A stretch of DNA of 64,000 bases from Patescibacteria group bacterium (GTDB taxonomy: Bacteria; Patescibacteriota; Doudnabacteria; UBA920; VMFF01): positions 10,658-74,657 of the forward strand of contig JBBTQQ010000008.1 in assembly GCA_038065615.1 (NCBI GenBank), given 5' to 3'. Shown piece by piece: positions 9,912 through 18,765 of the stretch. Positions within the stretch are counted from its first letter, which is position 1. Every line of letters starts with the position of its first letter. The notes under the pieces were generated by a model. It worked only from the letters and a program-made list of their open reading frames with translations, made no database searches and was not told the DNA's origin. The position numbers and the translations under genes are program-made.

Positions 9912-10099
9912 TATTTTTTAATTAGGTTATAGAAAGACTCAAGACGAGAATCTGTTCCACAATAGAAGATGCGTTCTGTTAGATTAACGCAATATTGCGG
10001 ATTTTTATGGATATAGTTGTACTTTGGCAGGAACCAGTATAGAAATACTGCTGCTGCAAAGAACAAACCATATAGCACAAACTTTATAATTGATAGCAT
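9911..10099 (-). CDS. Small single-TM protein (62 aa) with a Cys pair
   Basis: MLSIIKFVLYGLFFAAAVFLYWFLPK...YCVNLTERIFYCG...; TATACT 6 nt upstream of ATG. Confidence 0.6.
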   Translation of the reverse strand: MLSIIKFVLYGLFFAAAVFLYWFLPKYNYIHKNPQYCVNLTERIFYCGTDSRLESFYNLIKK

Positions 10100-10170
10100 G
10101 ATATAAGTATATCTGATCTTGTAAAAAGTGCCAATTTCTGGTATGGTAGAGAAGATTTTTAAAGGAATAT

Positions 10171-10245
10171 TGGGGTGTAGCCAAGTGGTAAGGCATGGGA
10201 CTCTGAATCCCACATCCGTAGGTTCGATCCCTACCACCCCAGCCA
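10171..10245 (+). tRNA. tRNA-Gln (CTG)
   Basis: Cloverleaf TGGGGTG/CACCCCA, anticodon arm TGGGA-CTCTGAA-TCCCA, GTTCGAT T-loop, encoded CCA. Confidence 0.97.
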
Positions 10246-10301
10246 AAATCAAATATTCTTTTAGATGGTTTTTCCATAAATTTAAATTATAAATTTTATA
10301 T

Positions 10302-10997
10302 ATGGCTGAATATAGAGACGAAGTTCCGTTTAACGATCTTGAGACTACCGGCAAACAAGGTAAGTATTTTGAGGCAAAAGAATTGGTCCAAGATCCTGAT
10401 TTGATAGTGAAGGAAGCAAGAACAAAGTGGGGTATGTTTGAAACAAAAGGAGTACATCCTTTAAATGATTTGGAGCGCATAAAGGAAGATCTCGCTATAG
10501 TCAAAGACAATTTTGCAGAATTTATTCCTGAAACAAATTTAGTTGTAGGGAAGAACCAAAAGGGAAAAGAAGTTGTATACATAGTTCAGCATAAAATACA
10601 TGGACTGGAATTAAAAGATGCTAAACCAGATGAGGAGACCATATCTCAACTAAGGATTTTTTTTGAAGCTGTTGTAGTGGCATATATTAAAAATTTGTAC
10701 TATCCTAAAAATTCTCAAGAACCTTCTTCGATTTTTCCGGACATTAAAGGATGGAATTTTATAGTAGGCAGAGATAATAAAATTGGTGGACAAGAAGGCC
10801 GTCTATATTTCGTAGATACGTACCCCGTAGAAGGTTCTACTGTCAGCTATTTTTTGGAAGAGTATATACCTAGTATTGTTAGACCAACTTTTCCTGAATG
10901 GTGTCATCCTTTGATCGACGAGTTTAGGTTAAAGGCTACTAAAAGGTTAGAAGAATATATAAAAGAGAAGGACGACCAAATTCCCAAAGTGATCTGA
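10302..10997 (+). CDS. Hypothetical protein, possible atypical protein-kinase-like fold
   Basis: 'LIVKE', 'YIVQHKIHG', 'PDIKGWNFIV' (DxKxxN), 'LYFVDT'. Confidence 0.5.
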   Translation: MAEYRDEVPFNDLETTGKQGKYFEAKELVQDPDLIVKEARTKWGMFETKGVHPLNDLERIKEDLAIVKDNFAEFIPETNLVVGKNQKGKEVVYIVQHKIHGLELKDAKPDEETISQLRIFFEAVVVAYIKNLYYPKNSQEPSSIFPDIKGWNFIVGRDNKIGGQEGRLYFVDTYPVEGSTVSYFLEEYIPSIVRPTFPEWCHPLIDEFRLKATKRLEEYIKEKDDQIPKVI

Positions 10998-11148
10998 AGT
11001 TTAGTTCCATTCCAACATCGTCTCATAATCCCAGATAAAAATACTATTAATGACCACGGGTGTCATCCATAGTTCAGCTGACATTGAACAAATGACCAAA
11101 ATAGTTGATGTCTCACATTTATCAATTAATTCAAAGGTTTTAACATAA

Positions 11149-11670
11149 ATGAAACTCCTCAAAACAATAAACCCTGAAAACGTTTCTGAAGAAGAAGTTA
11201 ATAAATACTCTATTCGCGAAGCAGCTCGCGCCTTGGTTATAGACAATCAAGGTCATATTGCAATACTTCATGTTTCAAAAGCCGGCTATTACAAAATCCC
11301 GGGTGGTGGTATTGAGGGGGAGGAGAATAAAGAAGTTGCGCTCAGAAGAGAATGCATGGAAGAAATAGGTTGTGATGTAGATATACTTGGAGAAGTTGGG
11401 ATGATTCTTGAATACAGAAAGTTTTCAAGCGAAAAACAGGTATCTTACTGCTACATCGCTAAACTAAAAGGTAAAAAAGGTAAACCAAGCTTTACTGATG
11501 AAGAATCAAACAATAGTTTTGAAGAACTTTGGTTGCCTTACAACGAAGCAATTATGCTTTTCCATGAGAACAAAACTACTGACTTTGAAGGAAGCAAATA
11601 CATTGTTGAAAGAGACAAAACCTTCTTAAAAGAAGCCAAGAATACATACCCAAACCTTTTTAATATATAA
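11149..11670 (+). CDS. NUDIX hydrolase
   Basis: Nudix box 'PGGGIEGEENKEVALRRECMEEIG'. Confidence 0.9.
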   Translation: MKLLKTINPENVSEEEVNKYSIREAARALVIDNQGHIAILHVSKAGYYKIPGGGIEGEENKEVALRRECMEEIGCDVDILGEVGMILEYRKFSSEKQVSYCYIAKLKGKKGKPSFTDEESNNSFEELWLPYNEAIMLFHENKTTDFEGSKYIVERDKTFLKEAKNTYPNLFNI

Positions 11671-11841
11671 TAACCCTAGGTATATAAAAGAGTCCAAAAA
11701 GCCTAATAAAAAGAGTGTTTCAGAAGCAGGAGGCAAAGGTGCTTCCTTAGGAGAAATGACCAACGCAAAAATGCCGGTTCCACCGGGATTCGTTGTTCTT
11801 TCTTCTGTTTTCAATCGTTTCCTAGAAGAAACAGATTTAGA
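11668..11841 (+). pseudogene. Dead 5' fragment of the ATP-grasp gene; 174-bp direct repeat of 13840-14013
   Basis: 11 mismatches in 174 nt by manual alignment; start codon ATG changed to AGG; similarity ends abruptly after 'EETDLD'. Confidence 0.92.
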
Positions 11842-11869
11842 CAGGTTCGGAGTCCGAGGAATATAATTT

Positions 11870-12274
11870 ATGAATGAAGAAAAAAATACAATCGGTTGGC
11901 TTCTTTACGATATGATAAGTAAAAGAATCCTGTTGCATCGAAGGGATCACGAAGCTAAAGAGAGTCCTGACTGTTGGGATTGCTTTGGTGGCAAAGTAGA
12001 AAATGGAGAAACTGCGTACGAAGGATTTTTAAGAGAACTTTGCGAGGAGCTAGGAATAACCGTCGATAAAAACAAGGTAACAGAGTTGGCTTTAGCCAAT
12101 GCGGGGACATTATATTTCATACCATTTTCTATGAAAGATACGTGCAAGCTTCGACTAGGAGAAGGTGCTGGGTTTGCTTGGTTATCTATTGACTACGCAC
12201 TTCGACTTGATGATATTACAGACTACGCCAAAAAGATTATAGTAATTTTCCAAGCCAGCAAGTCAAAGTTTTGA
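11870..12274 (+). CDS. NUDIX hydrolase
   Basis: 'WDCFGGKVENGETAYEGFLRELCEELG'. Confidence 0.88.
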   Translation: MNEEKNTIGWLLYDMISKRILLHRRDHEAKESPDCWDCFGGKVENGETAYEGFLRELCEELGITVDKNKVTELALANAGTLYFIPFSMKDTCKLRLGEGAGFAWLSIDYALRLDDITDYAKKIIVIFQASKSKF

Positions 12275-12322
12275 TATTATTGAGCCAATATTTATCAAGA
12301 ATAATACAGTAAGCCCAAAGGT

Positions 12323-13804
12323 ATGAAGAACCACTATTTTAAAACAGAGCTTGTCAAAATGGGCAAATGGGAAACGCCCCCTTTAGACTATGAGACATGG
12401 AATGGTCAAAATACAAACGTCCATTTCAAAAAATACTTTGGACTTCAAAAAGGCATACTTAATATTTATGACTTCAAGGAAGGTTACTCACATGTTTATG
12501 CCCCTAAAAGCTATTTAAAATCATTATTCGCGTATATTCGTGCTAATACTGCTAAAGATTACAAGTTTTTGGATAGAAAACTTAAAGCTTTTTATCCTTT
12601 AGTACAGAAATCAAAGCTTATAGTAAAGAAGGTAAAAACTAACGACCTTAGAGATATAACAAACGAAGAGCTGATCAAACGATACCAGACCATAAGGGAA
12701 CGTGTTCAACGCATCGCAATTTTTGATCAATTTGGTTGGCTGGGAGAAGAATATTGGACTCCTGTTATGGAGTATGTTTTAGTTAAAAAGCTTAGTTTGT
12801 TAAAAGGTAGCTCGTTGTATAATAAAATACTTTTCGCACTAACTAAGCCAGAAATGAAATCAACGACCTTGACTGAGCGACAGGCAGTTATTTTAGAGGC
12901 ACTGAAAATTAAACTAAACAAATCTACGGTCGTGAGATCTTCGCAGCAATTAGCAAAAAAATGGGGTTGGTTGCCCGTTTTTAATTTTGGAACAGCATGG
13001 GGTGCTAGTTACTATAATGAGGAGCTAAGTAATCAAGTAAAGATTAAACAAAGTGTTTTGCTTGTACAGCATAGTGTTTTAAAAAATTACACAAGAACGA
13101 GGAACCAAGAAATCACTAATATCGTGAAGCATCATGCCATCAAAAAGAAAGACCTCCAGATATTTGTTGACTTTGGACTGGCATTAGATACAAGAAACGA
13201 AGCAGAATATTTTGTAAGTTATTGTGGTTTTCATTTAATTCCTATTTACGCAGAGATAGCACGACGTTTTTCTTTGTCTATTCCTGAATTAAGGAAATTT
13301 ACTGAGCAGGAGCTTATTGATACCTTGAAAGGCATAACTACCACAAAAGCTATTCTATCTTCTCGCAAAAAGTTTTTTACTTCTGGTTATGATGAAAAAA
13401 TGGAAAAAAGAATCAATTATAGCGCTCAAGAATCTGAAAGGCTTTTCAAATTTGTTCAAACCCATGCTAAGTCTTTGCAAGGAGCAGAAGGTAGCAAGGG
13501 CGTCTGTGCAAGTCCAGGCAAAGCTATTGGCAAGGCTAGAATTGTTCCTTTCCCAAAAGACAATTACAAAGTAAAGACTGGGGATATACTCATAACACAC
13601 GCCACAACAGTTGACTATTTGCCTGCAATGAAGAAAGCTAGCGCAATAATTACAGAGGTGGGTGGGTTGACTTGTCATGCCGCTGTAGTTTCGCGAGAGT
13701 TTGGTATTCCGTGTATAGTGGCTTTACCAAATGCCATGAAAATGTTTAAAGACGGTGTATTGATTGAAGTGAATGCAGACAATGGTACAGTTAAGAAAGT
13801 TTAA
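12323..13804 (+). CDS. Large helical domain + PEP-utilising mobile (phospho-His swivel) domain protein
   Basis: C-terminal 'GDILIT..TTVDYLPAMKKASAIITEVGGLTCHAAVVSREFGIPCIV'. Confidence 0.88.
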   Translation: MKNHYFKTELVKMGKWETPPLDYETWNGQNTNVHFKKYFGLQKGILNIYDFKEGYSHVYAPKSYLKSLFAYIRANTAKDYKFLDRKLKAFYPLVQKSKLIVKKVKTNDLRDITNEELIKRYQTIRERVQRIAIFDQFGWLGEEYWTPVMEYVLVKKLSLLKGSSLYNKILFALTKPEMKSTTLTERQAVILEALKIKLNKSTVVRSSQQLAKKWGWLPVFNFGTAWGASYYNEELSNQVKIKQSVLLVQHSVLKNYTRTRNQEITNIVKHHAIKKKDLQIFVDFGLALDTRNEAEYFVSYCGFHLIPIYAEIARRFSLSIPELRKFTEQELIDTLKGITTTKAILSSRKKFFTSGYDEKMEKRINYSAQESERLFKFVQTHAKSLQGAEGSKGVCASPGKAIGKARIVPFPKDNYKVKTGDILITHATTVDYLPAMKKASAIITEVGGLTCHAAVVSREFGIPCIVALPNAMKMFKDGVLIEVNADNGTVKKV

Positions 13805-13839
13805 ATGTATAATTAAAAGACTTTTCCGTGTTATAGTCT

Positions 13840-14013
13840 TAATAACCCTATGTATATAAAAGAATTCAAAAAGCTTAATAAAAAGAGTGTTTCAGAAGCA
13901 GGAGGCAAGGGTGCTTCCTTGGGAGAAATGACTAATGCAAAAATGCCGGTTCCACCCGGATTCGTTGTTCTTGCTTCTGCTTTCAATCGTTTCCTAGAAG
14001 AAACAGATTTAGA
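13840..14013 (+). repeat. Intact copy of the 174-bp direct repeat
   Basis: Matches 11668-11841 at about 94%. Confidence 0.92.
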
Positions 14014-14785
14014 TACTGAAATAGAAGCATTGTTTAAAAAGGTTAAACACAATGATATTAATTCAGTTGAAAGAGCATCGGTTGAAATTAGACAGCTAAT
14101 CTTAGAAGCTACGATGCCAAAAGATCTTCAACAAGATATTCTAAAATCTTTTAAAGCGTTAAAAGCAACATATGTTGCAGTAAGATCATCAGCAACCGCA
14201 GAAGACTCTAAAACTGCTTCCTGGGCAGGGGAGTTAGAGACATACTTAAACGTTACTGAAAAAAACGTTATTGCAATGGTTAAAAAATGCTGGTCGTCTT
14301 TGTTTACTCCAAGGGCGATTTTTTATCGCTATGAAAAGAAATTAAACAAAAAGGTAGTTTCTGTCGCGGTTGTTGTTCAAACAATGGTTCAATCAGAAGT
14401 TGCTGGTATTAGTTTTACAGTTCATCCTGTAACCAAAGATTATAACCAGATGGTCATTGAAGCAGGCTTTGGTTTAGGGGAAGCAATTGTTTCTGGATCT
14501 GTTACTCCTGATACATACGTTGTACACAAAAAAGATTTTTCAATCTTGGATATAAACATATCTGAACAATCAATGATGATTGTAAAATCAGGAAACAGGA
14601 ATTTAAACAAAAAGCTTTCTAAAAAAGACGGCGGTAAACAAAAACTTTCAGGGAAACAAATAGTTGAGCTTGCAAAGATATGTAAGAACATAGAAAAACA
14701 CTATAAACATCCACAAGACATAGAGTGGGCATATACAAACAACAAGTTCTATATAACTCAATCAAGACCGATTACAACACTTTAA
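13850..14785 (+). CDS. Stand-alone PEP synthase/PPDK N-terminal ATP-grasp domain
   Basis: 'GGKGASLGEM', 'AVRSSATAEDS', 'GLGEAIVSG', 'PQDIEWA', 'QSRPIT'; stops before swivel and TIM-barrel domains. Confidence 0.92.
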   Translation: MYIKEFKKLNKKSVSEAGGKGASLGEMTNAKMPVPPGFVVLASAFNRFLEETDLDTEIEALFKKVKHNDINSVERASVEIRQLILEATMPKDLQQDILKSFKALKATYVAVRSSATAEDSKTASWAGELETYLNVTEKNVIAMVKKCWSSLFTPRAIFYRYEKKLNKKVVSVAVVVQTMVQSEVAGISFTVHPVTKDYNQMVIEAGFGLGEAIVSGSVTPDTYVVHKKDFSILDINISEQSMMIVKSGNRNLNKKLSKKDGGKQKLSGKQIVELAKICKNIEKHYKHPQDIEWAYTNNKFYITQSRPITTL

Positions 14786-14789
14786 CAAC

Positions 14790-16100
14790 ATGCCAAAAGA
14801 GAAAAGCGCCAAACAGATTGAATTGGAGGTTTTAAAATACAAAGACTGGGAATGGTGGGCAGAGCGTCCTTTTGGTGCTTTTGTTATGTCACTCTTCAGA
14901 GAGGGGCAAAAAAGAGAATACATACGCAAATTTGGTGTTGACGCAGAGTGGCCAGTCTTACTCTTTCAAAAAGGCACTTTTTACAAAAGTGAAACAGTTT
15001 GGAATATCTTTGCAAAACAGTTAGAAAAATATTTAGCAAAAGGTGGAACGGTTTTTAGCATAACAAAATCATGTGAAAGATTTTTAGTTAATAACAAAAA
15101 ATTCGTTAGAGATTTAAACAAATCTAAACTCCCACCTCAAAAGAAACTCCAGAAGCTTTATGAACCCCTAACGTTAATTATGAGTTATATTTGGTTAACT
15201 CACGGTTTTGAACATGTTTACAAAAAACGTCTTTACAAAGAAGTTCCAAAATATATAAAAGGGGATATAGACAAATACATTGGTGATATTAGCTTTCCTA
15301 TTAAAAAGAACGCGCACCATCACTTAGAAGAAGCTTTAAGAAGCAAACAGCCTTTGGAACAAATTCGAGAACGATGGGGCTGGATTAAAGCTCGAGATGG
15401 TTTTTCTGATATATTCACAATCAAAGAATTAGCTTTAGAGCGTAAGAAACTAAAGGGAACAAAACACTCGACCTTTAAAAAAATAAGGGTTCCTAAAGCT
15501 TTACAATCACTAGCAAAGGTATCCCAAGAGCTAGTGTATTTAAGAACGTTAAGAACTGACGTGCTTTATGAATTAATGTATTTAGCTCGTCCGACACTTA
15601 ATGAGGTTGCAAAGCTATACAAAATTCCTTTCAAAAGCTTAAGAGACTACGCTGTTTGGGATTTGGTTCAAGGAAAACTTAAAAAATACCTATATACTCC
15701 TGATTTGTCAGCAATCAGTGTTGGTAAGGACTTTGTATTATTAGATCATCCGATATTGAAAGACAGATACGGGAAAATGGATTCCATAAAAGGGTTAATA
15801 GCAAACAAAGGATTTGCTGTCGGTAGAGCAAAGATAGTTAAGATTGCTCACGAGATAGGAAAGGTTAAAAAAGGGGATATACTATTTGCACCAACAACCT
15901 TCCCTTCCTTTATCATGGGAATGAAAAGAGCGGCAGCTTTTGTTACTGACGAAGGGGGTATTACATCACACGCAGCGATTACAGCTAGAGAAATGAAAAA
16001 ACCTTGCGTTATAGGGACACAAATTGGAACAAAAGTCTTCAAAGATGGTGATTTAATAGAAGTAGATGCAAATAACGGGATTGTTAGAAAGGTGAAATAA
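14790..16100 (+). CDS. Second helical domain + PEP-utilising mobile (phospho-His swivel) domain protein
   Basis: 'GDILFAPTT...AAAFVTDEGGITSHAAITAREMKKPCVIG'. Confidence 0.88.
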   Translation: MPKEKSAKQIELEVLKYKDWEWWAERPFGAFVMSLFREGQKREYIRKFGVDAEWPVLLFQKGTFYKSETVWNIFAKQLEKYLAKGGTVFSITKSCERFLVNNKKFVRDLNKSKLPPQKKLQKLYEPLTLIMSYIWLTHGFEHVYKKRLYKEVPKYIKGDIDKYIGDISFPIKKNAHHHLEEALRSKQPLEQIRERWGWIKARDGFSDIFTIKELALERKKLKGTKHSTFKKIRVPKALQSLAKVSQELVYLRTLRTDVLYELMYLARPTLNEVAKLYKIPFKSLRDYAVWDLVQGKLKKYLYTPDLSAISVGKDFVLLDHPILKDRYGKMDSIKGLIANKGFAVGRAKIVKIAHEIGKVKKGDILFAPTTFPSFIMGMKRAAAFVTDEGGITSHAAITAREMKKPCVIGTQIGTKVFKDGDLIEVDANNGIVRKVK

Positions 16101-16552
16101 TGACAATAACCCTTTGTGGCAGCATTGCTTTCATTGATCAGATGTATGAACTAAAAGAAAAGCTCGAAATTCTAGGTTTTGATGTTTTAATCCCTCCTGA
16201 CAAAGTTCCTAACAAAGAAAGGGAGTTAATCAACGTAAAAGATTATTACGCTTCTAAAAAGAAAGCAATGGCAGCTAACAATCATGCTTGGGTTACAGAG
16301 GGTAATCTAGATAACAGAATCAGGGATCACTTTGATAAGGTGACCAAAGGAGATGCGATTCTTGTTGCTAACTATGATAAAAACGGGATTAAATGGTATG
16401 TTGGTCCAAATAGTTTGGTTGAAATGGGTGTTGCTTTTTACTTAAACAAAAAGATATATCTATTAAATCCAGTTCCTGATGTTGCTTACAAAGAAGAGAT
16501 TCTGGGAATGAGACCAATAGTCATTGAAAATGATTTAAGTAGGATAAAATAA
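16100..16552 (+). CDS. Nucleoside 2-deoxyribosyltransferase-like (N-glycosidase fold) protein
   Basis: 'ITLCGS', 'HFDKV..GDAILVAN', 'YVGPNSLVEMGVAFYLNKKIYLLNP'. Confidence 0.65.
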   Translation: MTITLCGSIAFIDQMYELKEKLEILGFDVLIPPDKVPNKERELINVKDYYASKKKAMAANNHAWVTEGNLDNRIRDHFDKVTKGDAILVANYDKNGIKWYVGPNSLVEMGVAFYLNKKIYLLNPVPDVAYKEEILGMRPIVIENDLSRIK

Positions 16553-16576
16553 AACCGCAGGTAGTCTGCGGTTTTA
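16550..16576. terminator. Bidirectional intrinsic terminator
   Basis: TAAAACCGCAG-GTAGT-CTGCGGTTTTA between convergent genes. Confidence 0.75.
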
Positions 16577-16592
16577 ATATCTTTAACTTTAG

Positions 16593-17183
16593 TTATTGAT
16601 TTGTTGTGCTTGGTATACTAGCAGGAGTTTTTGTGTTACATGCTGTTCTTGTTTTCTTTGCAGTATTTTCCGCTTCCTTATATGAAGTCTTAAACGATGT
16701 TTGAGCTGTTTTAACAGCTGCTTTGAAATCTGCTTGTGCTTTTTTCGTAGCTGTTTTCTTTGCTACTTTTTCTGCATCAGTTGTTACAGGCATCTGTCTT
16801 ACTGCGTGGAGTGCTGTTTCTCTTGCTGAGAAAGCGGTTTTAACAGTATTCATTCTTGCTTCTCTAGCATCTTTTTTTGCTTCTTCTTTAGTCTTTACCG
16901 CCCCTTTTATACAAGCTGTCTTAATTTCTTCAATCTTTTTCTTTGCTTCAATTTTCTCTTTCCTTTCCTGTACTTTCTTTTGTATCTCTGTTTTCTTTGC
17001 TTCTAACTTTAACTCTTGGGCTTTTTTCAAAGCTTCAAACCTTTTCTCTTGTTCAGCTTTTTTAATTTGCATCTGTTCAGTTTTTGTATTCTGAGTAGAT
17101 GTATTGTCATCTGCAAACACTGGTACTGCTGTTAAAGCAAACATCACAGCTATGGAAGAACCTAATATTGCTAACTTACTCAT
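16593..17183 (-). CDS. Secreted Lys/Ala/Glu-rich helical protein
   Basis: Signal peptide ending 'PVFA', long coiled-coil-like region, two Cys. Confidence 0.7.
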   Translation of the reverse strand: MSKLAILGSSIAVMFALTAVPVFADDNTSTQNTKTEQMQIKKAEQEKRFEALKKAQELKLEAKKTEIQKKVQERKEKIEAKKKIEEIKTACIKGAVKTKEEAKKDAREARMNTVKTAFSARETALHAVRQMPVTTDAEKVAKKTATKKAQADFKAAVKTAQTSFKTSYKEAENTAKKTRTACNTKTPASIPSTTNQ

Positions 17184-17255
17184 ATTTTTGTGTTTCTTTG
17201 TATTAGTTAATTAAACGCATCTTCATTATACCATATTTTCTGATATACTGCTAAC

Positions 17256-17864
17256 ATGTTTCGAAAAATATCAAAATATTTAATATATTTAATAGCAATA
17301 GCGGGTGCTTTGTATATTGGAGCGCTTGTGTATATATTAAGTTTTTCGATAAAGCCAAACATTCCAGAGCATGCTGATGCTATTTTAATTCTCGGAGCAA
17401 AGGTTAATCTAGACAACAGTCCATCTGATCCACTGTACGAACGAACTAATGAAGCAGTAAAGCTTTATGCACAGAATAAGGCTGACTATATCATAACAAC
17501 AGGAGGGGTTGGTTTAGGTTCAGCTCCAGAAGCAAGCATCTCAGCGTTGGTTGCGCAAGAAAAAGGAGTTCCTAAAGACAAGATACTAACAGACAAAACT
17601 TCTCACAATACTTTTCAAAACGTTGATGAAGGAAAAAAAATTGCTAATGAATACAACATTAAATCAGTGATAGTCATAAGCGACAGATACCATGTTGCTA
17701 GGGGGGTGTTAGTTGCAAGACATCTTGGGTTTAATCCAGTGTATTGGGATTATCCAGATTTAGGATATTACAAAAAAGAACTTCTCTTACAAAACTATGC
17801 GAGAGAAGCCTTAGCAATTCTTTTTTACTTACCTAAAATATATTTAACTAAAGTTTTGTATTAA
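17256..17864 (+). CDS. YdcF/ElyC (DUF218) family protein
   Basis: N-terminal TM, 'DAILILGA', 'TGG', 'SHNTFQN', 'SDRYHVARG', 'RE'. Confidence 0.88.
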   Translation: MFRKISKYLIYLIAIAGALYIGALVYILSFSIKPNIPEHADAILILGAKVNLDNSPSDPLYERTNEAVKLYAQNKADYIITTGGVGLGSAPEASISALVAQEKGVPKDKILTDKTSHNTFQNVDEGKKIANEYNIKSVIVISDRYHVARGVLVARHLGFNPVYWDYPDLGYYKKELLLQNYAREALAILFYLPKIYLTKVLY

Positions 17865-18765
17865 CAAACTTTGGATACCCACGAACAAAGTCTAAAATCG
17901 TTGTTGGATTTTTTCCTTCAAGTTGTAGTTCTAAGAGTTCTAAACTTCCGTTAGTGCAACCAACAAATATTTTTTCACCTTGTTTAAAAACCATTCCAGG
18001 TTCAATGTCTTTAATCTCAGATACAAGACATTTTTTAATCTTTAAAATCTTACTGTCAAAAGAAGACCAAATCCCTGGCCATTGAATAAACGCTCGGTAT
18101 TTGTTATAGATATCTTTAACATCAGTATTCCAATCAATTTTGCCGTCTTCTTTTGTTATTGTCTGACAAAAACTTGCTTCAGAGTGATTTTGCGCAATTG
18201 GTTTTAATTTGCCTTCTAAGAAACCATTGATTGTTGGAACAATCATTTCCTTTGCAAGAGAGCAAAGTTTTTGTTCAAGCTCCTTAAAAGTGTCTTCAGG
18301 CTGTATCTTAACTGATTCCATTTTTAAAATCGGTCCATGATCCATCTTTTCATCCATCAGCATTATTGTTATGCCAGTTTCAGTTTCTCCAGAAAGGATT
18401 GCTGATTGAATAGGGGAAGCACCACGAAACTTTGGTAATAACGAGCCGTGAATGTTAATTGGAGTAGCTAAATCTAAAATCCCTTTTGGGATTATATGCC
18501 CGTACGCAACAACAAGAAAAGCATCAGCTTTAGGTAGTGCTTTTAATTCATTGAAAGCATAGGGTTCTTTTAAGTTCTCTGGTTTAAATATTGGAACGTT
18601 TAGAGATCTTGCTTCTTTTGAAACAACGCTTTCAGTTATTTCTTGTTTTCTTCCAACTGGTCTATCTGGTTGTGTTACAACCGCAAGAATCTCAAAACTT
18701 TCTTTGAGTGTTTTTAAAATCTCTTTTGAGAACTCTGATGTACCAAAAAAAACTATTTTTTTCAT
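17848..18765 (-). CDS. fmt: Methionyl-tRNA formyltransferase
   Basis: 'FFGTSEF', 'VVTQPDRPVGR', 'NIHGSLLPKFRGASPIQ'. Confidence 0.96.
   Translation of the reverse strand: MKKIVFFGTSEFSKEILKTLKESFEILAVVTQPDRPVGRKQEITESVVSKEARSLNVPIFKPENLKEPYAFNELKALPKADAFLVVAYGHIIPKGILDLATPINIHGSLLPKFRGASPIQSAILSGETETGITIMLMDEKMDHGPILKMESVKIQPEDTFKELEQKLCSLAKEMIVPTINGFLEGKLKPIAQNHSEASFCQTITKEDGKIDWNTDVKDIYNKYRAFIQWPGIWSSFDSKILKIKKCLVSEIKDIEPGMVFKQGEKIFVGCTNGSLELLELQLEGKNPTTILDFVRGYPKFVNTKL

Noticed and set aside
9911-10582. 223-aa ORF as listed in the track
   Set aside because: Crosses tRNA-Gln and the antisense of 10302; the real gene most likely starts at 10099.
11000-11148. Possible gene remnant (MTTGVIHSSADIEQMTKIVDVSHLSINSKVLT*) before the first NUDIX
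   Set aside because: Too short and unrecognisable to support a pseudogene call.
11668-14013. Diversity-generating retroelement TR/VR pair
   Set aside because: Mismatches are not confined to adenines on either strand, over half are synonymous, and no reverse transcriptase is present in the window.
10171-16576. Classical integrase-driven genomic island at tRNA-Gln
   Set aside because: No integrase and no duplicated tRNA 3' end seen at the far boundary; treated only as a variable region.
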